Source of the DNA: Lytechinus pictus | Taxonomy: Eukaryota | Direction: 5' to 3' | DNA: 64,000 nucleotides | Assembly (NCBI RefSeq): GCF_037042905.1 | Contig: NC_087245.1 | Span: forward strand, 35,094,001-35,158,000 | Part shown: positions 11,031-23,000 of the stretch, piece after piece | Position numbering within the stretch: the first letter of the stretch is position 1 | Layout of the letters: the number at the start of each line of letters is the position of its first letter | The notes under the pieces: generated by a model | The model's input: only the letters and a program-made list of their open reading frames with translations | Database searches by the model: none | What the model was told of the DNA's origin: nothing | Translations under genes and position numbers: made by a program

Positions 11031-14000
11031 GTAAAGACACCATCATTTTCATTACCATCCTAAAACCATATTAGTTTAAAAGGTAATGAGATCGGTTGAA
11101 GTGGTCTTGGAAGCGATCTTGGGAAGAGAGACCTGCAAGTCACAGTTCTGTGTGCGCGCCCTTCTAGGCGACCGAGATTGGCTGGCTCCTCCAAAAATGC
11201 GCCTTTGAATGTCTTTGACAGATATATGGTGCTATACAAATTCTGTGCATCATCTTCCAAATTGGTTTGGAAAACCACCTTGCAATGTAGTATTTTAAGA
11301 TCGCTTTGCCTCGTGAAACTGGTTTCAGCATGAGGACATAACCGTTCTTCAGGAAACGATCTTTGCACATTTTGAGCGCGCTACTCCACACACTGTATGT
11401 AAAATGCATAGGCTGCGGTTTCAAATTTTGCACAAAACATGTCACCCCACTGAGAGTGTTTCCGTAGCAACAAGACCACTTAACTTGAAGTGGTTTTGAA
11501 AACCGCTTTCGGGTGATCAAATGGGAACGCTAGCAAAGCGATCTTCCAAACTGGTTTCCTTGACCGGATTCCAGGAAACTAGTTTTAGAAAGTATAATGA
11601 GAACAGGGTCGTAGATGCTGATGGTGGTGGTGATGGTGATATCGATGGTAGTGATTATAGTGATGATAATGGTGATGTTGATGAGAGAAGTGGTCTTGGT
11701 GATGGTGATGATGATGATGATGATAGTGATAATTGTATGGAGAATAAAAGGTCAAATAGCCATAGATTCCATCTTTGTGCTTGTCAACTTTGGTGAATCA
11801 GATATGGATATGGAGTGTTGTGGCCTACAGTGTATTAGTCTCCTGACTTTGAAACAGAAGGTCATGGGTTCAAATCCCTGCCATGGCATAGTTTCCTTCA
11901 GCAAGAAATTTATCCACACTGTACTGCACTCGACCCAGGTGAGGTACATGGGTAGCTGGTAGGAATTAATTTCATTGCACTGTTAGTTTTTACGGCCGCC
12001 AGGGTAAAGTGAGGGTAATGATATCCAACTCCTTTGGAAGTGCATAGAGACATTATAATTATGATGTGATATAGGCTATACAAGAGAACTGTTTTAATTA
12101 CTCCGACGAAGATTCTGCTAGGATCGAAAGCTTAGGCCCCTTTTGACTTTCTAATTATTATTAGTAGTAGTAGTATTAGTATTTTATTATAATTTTTAGT
12201 AGTAGTATTATTATTAAATTACTTGAAATATTTTTGTTTTAACTATTTTCTGAGCAGATAACGATGGAGAGCAGAATCATACCCAGGAGGCCCATTCTAA
12301 TGTTGCAGAGATCAAAGATTCCAGTAAGAAGCAGTTCCTTAATATATCCCTCTTTAATGAAATAATTTGGGCTTTATGTTTATCTTCTAATTCGTCAACA
12401 TGTTTGCGAACAGTCCTAATAAGCTAATAGCAGACAGAAACATGTTTTGTAATAATGCATGGAAGGCTGTTTTCGAGAGTGATCCAACTTTATTTTGTGA
12501 TACTGAGTGAGGGTTTAAGATTTTGTGAGATTAATGTATGAGACAGTTTTGTTGAAATATTGAAGTTTTTCTCTTGGGACATTTTATTAAAAATAGTGAT
12601 TGATTTATTATGCAACCAAGTCAACAAACTTTCATTGGCCATATACATGTAGTGCATTGTGAGACAGTTTGCTACCTTTCTGTGCAATGGGTGCCTGGAT
12701 TCTAATAATAGGTTTTAATGCATGATACATGTAACTGTATATGGCTTTTGATTTGGATATTTTCATGCTTTGTAGATGATGTTTGATTTGGGGAAACAGA
12801 GTAGACAGCCGGTAGAAATAATGATATATTTGGTGCATTTTATAAACACAAATAGTGATTTTCACTAACTATTGTTATAAGCTAAAAAAGAAAATTGCAT
12901 CCCATAGGCTGAAAGAACATTTTTCATTTGTTACTAGCTGACTACCAAGCTCTAGTCATTTTACATGTGACTAGTTTGTTTTGAAGATAGGGTTTCACCA
13001 CCTCATTCTCTTTTAAATGCAAGTTGTGGAATCTAGTGAAGTGTACATTCTTCCACTGAGTCATTGCTTTCAGTTGTAACGCAATGTCTTTATGAAAACA
13101 GCCCTCGATCACCTTTAAAGGAGAATGAAACATTTGGAACAAGATAGCTTGTGTGAAAACAGAAAACTCAAAGAAACAGATCAACGAAAGTTTGAGAAAA
13201 ATCAGACAAATAATGAGAAAGTTATGAGCATTTGAATATTGGGATCACTAATGATATGGAGATCCTCCCATTGGCAATGCGACAAAGATGTGTGATGTCA
13301 CTTGTGAACAACTCTCCCCATTACTTTCGTATATATTTCACTTAAACTTTCTCTTTTATCACATCTATCAGTAGATCATGTGTTCTTTATGTAGGAGAGC
13401 ATGTAATACAGATTTTTAAAGAATACGTCATGGATGAAGAGTTTGTATCACCATAAGAAAGAGCAAAAAGATACATTTTCGAGGTATTTTACAGTCGATC
13501 AAAGGGAAAGTTGTTCACATGTGACATCACACATCCTTGTAGCATTGCCAATGGGAGGATCTTCATAGCATTAGTGAGTGCAATTTTCAAATGCTCATAA
13601 CTTTCTCATTATTTGTCCGATTTTTCTCAACTTTCTTTGTTCTTATTCTTTGATTTTTCTGTTTCAACACAAGCCAACTTGTTCCAAATGTTTGATTTCC
13701 CTTTAATGAAAATATGTTTTGGAGGATGGATGATGGATGGATCCTTCATCAGGAGGAAAGCTCCCAACGGAACAATTTGACATCATCAATTGATGTTTGT
13801 GCTGGGGTTCAGCCACACACATGGAGATGAGCCTGTCATCGGGTCAAATGCCTAACTGCCTCTGAAGAAAGAAGATGCACAAACTTTGAAGGCCATTTCA
13901 CTCATAAGGGGATGCAGAATTTAGCCAGACCAAGAATTTGTAAGCATTAATGGTCCATTCAGACAGGAGTCGATATACAGTGCTTAGGTACATGTATATA

Positions 14001-17000
14001 CTGGTATATACCAAGTTTCAAAGGTTCAGACATATATCTGTTTACTATACATATACTGAATCAATATGTTCATGGTTACTCTTATTGGCCCTTATTCTGA
14101 ACTTAGGTCTAAATTAAACCCTGGATTAAATTTGTGGTTCTCTCTCGATAGCCAGGTGGGGAACACATCTCTTAGTATACATTCAATTTGTTAACTGACA
14201 TGACACTCAAATCATTCATAACTGCTGGGAAGGATAGCTGAAAGATTTTTTCTTCATTATGAAGCAAATGGAAACAAACTAGTAAAAAAAAAAATATATA
14301 TATATACAATGTAAACAGAATCTCTGAGTTTTTGGCTCCCCATAATTTTTAGCACAGAGTAAGACCATGGTCTAAGTTAAACCAGACTTCAGAATGCGGG
14401 CCATTGAGAAGATGCTGAATTTTAAAGCCAGCTTTTATTTTGGTAAATTTCCTCTTCCCAAATGAGTTCATTTCAACTTGTTTAATATTTACACCTCTTT
14501 AGTACAACTTCCTATACAGCTTTTGATATTGTGTGGTCTAAAAATGTCCAATTCTTTTGATTGCATAATTCTTGAGATCTTTCAATTGGATGAACTTCAT
14601 AAAGCTCATTAGCAAAAAATCTAGCACTTGAGCCCATATTATTTTTTGGATATTTGGAATATATGCTAAATTAACTCAGTGCAAAATTTGGTTAAAATGA
14701 CATGGATTTCATTTGAACAATGGAACGTCCTGAAAGTAAATATATTTAGAATAGGGCTGAAAATGACATGCTTGAAATATGTTTGTTTTGAACTTGTCAA
14801 GAGCTAACACAAGAATGAACAGAAAATCAAACAGCACTAAAACATATAAGCTAGACAGAAGATAAGTCCAAAATATTTATATTTTGTAGAACTGATTTTC
14901 ATGTAGGCTTACATATTTATGATTTTGAGTTTTATATTTATATAGCAAGATCACCCCCCCCCCAAAAAGAATTCCTAACATATGTATTAATTTTTGTTGC
15001 ATACATGTAGATACTGTTAAAGGGGTAATATTCACAAACTTTAATGGCCAATTACAATGGGTTGGTTATAGTGCTTTTAAATATTGTTAACAATAAAAGA
15101 ATTATTGAAAATTTTGTATTGTGACTTTTTATTTACAGCTTACCCTTGAACAGTAGTAAATCATGCAGGTCAATAAATAAATAAAATGAGACCTTTTGGT
15201 TTGCAGCACTTTAAAGTAACATATTTCCTTTGAAATAGGCCTGTTGGTCTACTTCCTATAGTAAATTTATAAGGCTATTTTGTAATACGATGGTTGAGTA
15301 AAGGTATGATTATTCCAAGTTTCAAGCATGTATGTAATACGAAAGGTATTAACCATGATATTAATCATATTAATTGTTGCATCAGTCATGCTTAATGCTT
15401 TTACCGTGTCGTTTTATTTTGCCTACCTCATTAGATTGCTTTATATTTCCTTTCTTTTTATTTTAAAAGCCTAATCATAATTATGTGGATCTAATCATTG
15501 TTGGCTATTTAAAGGAGAATCCATCCTGACATCAAGTTGGTTTTAATAAATGCAGAAAAAGGAGAGAAACATAAATGTCATATGAAAATCCATCAAAGGA
15601 ATATTAGTGATATTTCAAAGGTTTTAATTGTGACATCAGATGGGAGTAGCTTGCCATTACAATATAAATTCCTAAAAATCCACGTTCTTATACAATTCAT
15701 GATGACTGCAAACCAGTTTCTCATAGAAGCAGCTATGGTAATTGACTGCACGAATGTAATATTATTTTCACTTTTCTTAGAAAATGGCATGTCATGGAAT
15801 TGATATCACAAGAGATATATAGGGAGAGCTCTGCTCGCGGTATCATGTCATGAACTGTGAACCTTTAAAAATCGACAACTCTGTTTAATATTCCTCAATG
15901 GATTTTTCCAGGCCTTCATTGATAGGTTTATTTTTATTTTTCTTCTTTGATTTTAAATAAAACCAATTTGACATCAGGGTAGACTTGACCTTTAAAACTA
16001 AATTGCTTTCTTTTCTAGGTGTTTACTCCTCAGCAGCCTTGCCTCTCCTCACCACCTACCACCACCACCATACCAAGTAACTTACCCTGTTTAGACCCGC
16101 TCTAAACCCGCTGTTACCCTGCTGTTACCCTGCTGTTACCCCGCTGTTACCCCGATCAAGACCCATCACTTAACCATTAATAACCTACTCATCCAATATA
16201 TCAGAGACCTGTATCAGTTATAAAACTCCCCCCTGCCATTTAGGTGATAAAAACCTTCTTTAGATCCACTTCAGACCCACACTAAATCTGCTCTAGTCCA
16301 ACCCAGACTCATCTAACCATCTGTAGACTTGCTTTAACTACGTCTACATTTTTCTCTTATTTGAAATAATTTGTGTTGGAAGCTCCTTGTTGGAACAAAG
16401 TATTGAGCTCGTCTTGATATAGTACTCTAGTTGATGTTTGATAAGAACTTTTTTTGCTCTGATTTAAAAAAAAAAGTTTTTATTCAAGGTTAACTTGTTA
16501 TATGTTTGCTCAAGGGTTTTACATCTAGGCATACAGCGTTTTTAAAACTCAGTTCATGTTGTACTATCTTTGATTTCATGTTGCAATAACTCCTTGTAGA
16601 CATGTGTAGGAAACTGATGTGCAGTGAATGGGGATGGAAGGGGGGGGGGGGGGGCAGGCATAACTTTTGATGTGGAAGGGGTCATGTGACTGAAGCCCCC
16701 GGGGGGGCCACTTACATTGACAAGTGGATACCATGCACGACCATAAAAACACGTAAAAAGGATGTCTTTCAAGATAGGGCACGTTACGTACGTAACGTGA
16801 TAAGGGTGTCAAAAACACAAAAATAATGAAAAAAGGTTATCTATTTCGCTAGGACAGCTACGTGTTTAGGGTCAAATTTGCGGGGATGATAAAACAAAAT
16901 TAAAATGTTTTATAAAGGATGTCCTTTTTGCCCCAACACTACGTGTTTAGAGTCCGATTTGCGCGAGGTGTGGAAGGTGGGGCTGTACTAAACCAATTGG

Positions 17001-20000
17001 TGTGTAAAGGTAACACCAATGACCGACTGACCCGTGTCATATCAATAAAATATCGCTGTACTTGTTTAGGGGTTCATTTCAGGGAATACTTGCAAAGAGT
17101 ATCGTTTTGTTTCCAATACTTGTTAAGGGTAGGGTTTCAGACGCCAATACTTGTTAAGGACTTAAGGGGTGCATTTTCAGAATATGGAAAATACGTGTTT
17201 AGGGTGCTTTCGAGACCCCATGGTCGCGCATGGTATCCACTCGTCAATGGAAATGGCCCCCCCCCCCCCCCCCCCCGGGCTGAAGCCTGCATAAATCTAT
17301 CTTCTTTTTGTCTAGTGGTTCATACATGTACCAGGGAAGTGTAACACTTCCCTGCATGTACCAGGCATTATCCTCACACATAAATCTATGGACTGATGTT
17401 TACTGATAAAAATGTTGTCTCTCCTCTGCTCTCCATTGTCAACATAATGTACATATTTTTCACTTTGTTTAGAGACAGAATTTGCAAGGCCATTGTTTGT
17501 CTACCAAATGTGAATCAAACCTATTCAAATTGAATTGAGTGGTTTTATTGAAAATCGCTGGGGGAGCCAGTTTAAGGCCAAAGTCTAGACCCAGGCCCTG
17601 GATAATTTTTATTCAGGTATGACATGTTCATGTCAAGTTCTTTTCTTAAAGGGATGGTCCGGGCTGAAAATATTTAAATCTAAATAAATAGAGTAAAATT
17701 CACAAAGCGAAATGCTGAGAATTTCATCAAAATCGGATAACAAATGACAAAGTTATTGAATTTTAAAGTGTATCAGTATTTTGTGAAAACAGGTAAATGC
17801 ACATCTTCATGAATATTAATTAGGTAGCCTGATGATGTCACATTCCCACTTTCCATTTTCTTATGTTATTACATGAAATCATAAATGTTTCATTGTGTCT
17901 CCATTATGAAATAAGTTGTGGCAATAAATAAATAATGCACTTAATCAGTTGTCAATCCAATTCTTTTAGTTCTTGGTAGAAAAATTTTGAATAAACCTAA
18001 TTTCATATAATGAAAAAACAATTGAACAAGTTTGGATATGACATCATCAGCCCACATAATGAATATTCATAAAGACATACCTAAAACTGTTTCATAGGAA
18101 TAAAGCAAATCTTTAAAATTCAATAACTTTGTTATTTGTTATCCGATTTTGATAGAATTTTCAGTATTTTGCTTTGTGAATTTTACTCTATTTATTGAGA
18201 TATAAATATCTCCAGCCTGGACCATCCCTTTAAAATCCAGATGAATCGCTGTCGGTATGAAGTCAAGAACAGAAGGAAGTAAACATGTTTTATGCACATT
18301 CCCCTCCTCTTCCCCTTTTTTCCAGCAAGTTTTGGTCTCGCCTGAGTAACGGAGCGTGACTCTAGGCGCCTCTTTTCCACTGACAGCGGCAGCAGCATTA
18401 TCAACATTGAAAACTTAACAACATTCAGTCTTTGAATGTATGTCATTTATCATAACATAGGAAGTATATTTACCTAGCTCATGAAACTTACACAGAAGAA
18501 TAATCAAGTATAACTGATCATCTTGCATTGTTTTCAGTCACATGATCAAGGTCAAATGTTGTTATTAAAGGGCCAATGAACTTGTGTGTCTTTTAAACCA
18601 ATGTTAAGTTTTTAAAATATTTTAACTTCGAAAGTAAATAGATTTATTTCATGAAACTTGAATATCAGGGTAATCAAGTATCACTGATAATTTTGCAATA
18701 GTTTCAGGTCACATGATTAAGGTCAAAGGTCACTCGAGGTCAATGAACTTAGTATTTTATCATAATTTTTTTTCTTCTATTTTTCTATTAAAAAATGCCT
18801 TAGTTCTATTGATTTCTTTGTAGTGATACTAAGGATGGATTTAAAGTGAAGATACTAGATAAGTTCTTTGGTTTATTGCAGAATGACAAACACAACTCAA
18901 ACAAAAACTTGATCTGATTATCAGGTTACATTTGATTCTTTCTGCAGTACAATATACCCCTGCTCTCTGCCTGGTAGTATCGATGTATGGCAAACCTCAT
19001 GACTTCCATTTTGTTTTTTTGCTAAGTTCAGTTTTTTTTTATCATCCATTTGGAATAGATACCGTGTACATGTACCTACCTGTACATTTGGTCAGAAGCA
19101 CATTTTTTCTACTTCTTATTTTCTTAATAAAAAAAAAAATCAGTTCATCTGTTTAATGATAAGTCATTTTGATAGTCATTTTGGCCGCATGCTCATCACT
19201 ATAATGCTCACTGCTCTATTGATACAGGTGATGTTTTGATTGCAAATTTGTTTCAGAAATCCCTGTTATCGATAGGCAATCACTTGTAGGGCTATTTTTT
19301 ATTTTAATACCATGGAGCTAAAAACAGATGTCAATGCCATTATTTTTCCATGTAATTTCACCCAACTCTGCTCACACATATGTATATGCTGTATCCATAG
19401 GCTGGCATGTTATATAGTATAATTTTACATAATGAAGTGACATATAAATTGAACTGAACATTATGCTAAATAGATTAATATTATGAAGATTTTTTTTTTA
19501 CTTTCACTGCACATCAAATAAGATGAATAGAAATATGTCAACAAGCATAATGCTGAAAACTTAATCTACATCGGATGTAAAATAAGAAAGTTGTGTATTG
19601 CTGTACACATGCATGGCCAAATTATTTCCAAACACCCCGTAAACGAGTTTTTTCTCTTTCTGCAAAATAACCCCCTAAACAAGTTTTTCACGGGCTTTAT
19701 TTACACATTTTGGCCCCTAAACAAGTTGTCGCCAGAATATGACCCTGGGGAAAAAGCTTGGTGAAAAAACATACCCTAAACACATTTGGCTAGTCTTTAC
19801 AAAAAAAAAGCGTTGGAAAAAAAACATACCCTAAATACATTTGACCCCGCGATTAACCATTGATTAGTCTTTCAAAACCACCCCTTTTCTTGAAAATCTG
19901 TGCTTTTGATACCCTTAACAAGTGCACGCGCAGCCCTCGTCCAAAACTGAAAAATACCCCTTTAAACGCATTTTTTGGTCATGCATGTGTACAGCATTAT

Positions 20001-23000
20001 ATATAACTGCCCCCCCCCCCAGATTTCTCTTTTGATTCAAATCAAATTTATTTGGATGAACTTGTCCTTTACAAATATCTCTTAAATTGGATCAATAAAA
20101 TTGGAGAATTGATTGCAAGTAGTAAAGGACATATCCATTTTCGATGACAAGCCTTTAATAGTACACAGTAAGGTAATGAATGATGTCACATAGATCTCAA
20201 GGAAATAATGTGTCATTATGGACTATAGTAAGACTCTAAAGTGATGACTGATAAGTTTTTCCTTGCTACATGTATACTCAGACAGGTGGAATTTATCAGC
20301 ATTGTCAACTTCACAGGTCCTTATGTATGGGGGGGGGGACACAGGATCGTTAGGGGTATGATGAGCAGAGTTAAACATTATAATTTGATATATCGGGGGA
20401 AGATTTTATTTTCCCCTAGTACTAGTTATTTCAAAATTACTGTGTGTAAAATGCCCTTTGGTGGGTTGGGGGTGGCTTGGATCTTTACCCCTGAAGGGAA
20501 AAGAAGATCTTTAAAAAAATATATGTATAATGATGGGGGTGTGATTGGAATGTTGACTTTTTTTTCTTGTCACAGAATTTTAAGAGACCCCCCCTCTTGT
20601 GCCCTCCACTGGTCAATTCTGAATCTGCTAAATGATGAAAATTGCAAAAAAAAAAGTTTAGAGCTTTACAATTTATGAATATTCAATAGTTCAGAGTCCT
20701 TGACGATTGAATAAAAAACCTACTCTGATGTTTGGAAGAAATTAGCATCCAGGATCATTCTTTCATTAAAACAAGTATTTTTATACCCCTTTTCTCTTCA
20801 TATTCGGACATAAGTGGGGAATAGCTTGGTTCTTTATTCCACTAGAATTGAGTATTTGATGATTCATCAATATGAAAATGTAGTTTCTCATTAACTGAAA
20901 AGTGAAATTCATATGATTGATTTCTTGTAAAAGTGCAAACCCAAAGTCTAATAAAATAGACAGAAAAATCCTTTAGTTTAGGGTAATATTCAGTGCTAGA
21001 AAATCAATCATACTTGCATGAAATATGTATTTCTTGGATAAAAGTTCCAATAATTTGTAATTAACACCCCCCCCCCCTTCTATCACCTCTTATCCTCCCC
21101 TTTTATCTCTGTAATTGATGCATTTATTCTTGTATTAATTATGGTATCTGGAGCTCTTAATTTTCAACCCATGTAATTGAATTATCTAAGTTTGTTAAAT
21201 TATAAACCTAGAGACTAACTTTACAGGGTCCTAGGCCTACATCATGTATCCTGAGTAGGCATATAAGAACAAGGGTTACTAATTTCATTGACATTAAGAA
21301 TTGACATTCATTTGTTTATAATAATATTGATCTAGTAGCCCAGTCATAACCAGCAATAACCAAGACCAAAAGCTTCTCTGTAAATTAGTTGTTCTTTTGA
21401 ACTATGCTGGCTCCTCTCACTAATGAATGGGGATGACAGTAAAATGTCAGAAATTGTTAAATAAATCCCCAGAAATTACAGTTACTCCTTTCTAGCAAAG
21501 GGGTGGGTCCACGAGGCCGAGGGTCCACAAGGCCGATTATTTTTCCCATGAGGCCTAGGTCCACGAGACTGAGGGTCAGAGAAGCCTATCATTTTCCCAT
21601 AAGGCCGAGGGTTCACAAGGCCAATTTTTCTTACAATGTATTTTTTTCATTAGGATGTTTGTCTACATCGGTGGAAACGTTTCCGCATAGCATAATTTTG
21701 TCCCATGAAGTTGTGGATGATAATGGACATTAATATGGTGAAGCTTTCGTAAATCGGGACAACATGACTTATTCTTGAGTATCATCTCACTTACCCATCA
21801 TTTAAATATGTGGCTGTTTAATCCCTTTTCAGCTGTTTATTCTTTGTAAAAATTTTATTCATATCATTTCTCAGTTAGTTTTTTCTTGGAATGTAGATTT
21901 TATTCCATTTCACAACAGCACGATATAAATAAACATAAGCTGACAAAGTTAAATATACCAATTTGGAAGAATGATCAGGAGCTTAATATAAAAATGACCT
22001 TTGAGCTGCCAAATTCTGGATAGATTATAATTTCAAGAATTGAATATAAATTATTTGATAAAATTATAAGAAAAAGATTTAAATACAATCCAAATTTATT
22101 TGGTTAGTGATTAAAAAGTAATGAATTTTAACTAAAAGTCTTCATAGCATACCTGCAACTGTTGATTAATATCGATGAAGAGAAACGTCTTGATAAAATA
22201 AAAAAAATGATTTGAAAAAAAAATCGGCCTCGTGGACCCTTGGCCTCTTGAACCCTCGGCCTCGTGGGAAAACCCCCTAGCAAAAACCCTGGCAGCACAG
22301 TCTTCATCATATATCTGGAGTGAAAATATCTGAACATCTGAGCTCTCCTTTAAACTACCATCTTCCAGAAAGCTAAATGATCTACCATCTCCTGAGGTCA
22401 CGTGACCTTGGAGAATGTAAAAAGTTATCTCCATCAACAGATGCGAGGAGTGTCATCTCACATATTAGATTTGTTAGCCTGGATAGGAAGGGTTGACCAA
22501 GATCAATTCACATTGACATTCCTGGGCTTCCTTTCGGTATCATTTGTATGCAACTGGGACTGTTCCTTGTAGCTTTAATGGGAGGTTTCCCCCTAGTGAA
22601 AGTTACTATCAAATAGCAGGGGGGCGTGTCACAAAGCTGTTCGTAAGTGTAGAGCGATTTTAAGAACGACTTGTGATCCTTTCTTGCGCGCTAAATCATC
22701 GCCTATGGATAATGGTGTATACCATTTACCAAAAGAAAGGATCACCAGTCGTTCTTAAAGTCATTCTTATCTTATGAACAGCTTTATGAAACACCCACTG
22801 GTGTGGTATGCTGATAGGCCTGGTAAACACACTTTCATATGACTATAGTTGTCAACTCATTTTCCAAGTAAAAAAATTCTAATCTTGCAGCAAAAAGTTT
22901 TTAAAAGTCAACTATGTCGTGAAATGAGCAGAATAGAAAAATACTGAAATAATATGAATTTTAATGAATTATTCAGTACATTTTCTTTGTCGTGAATATG

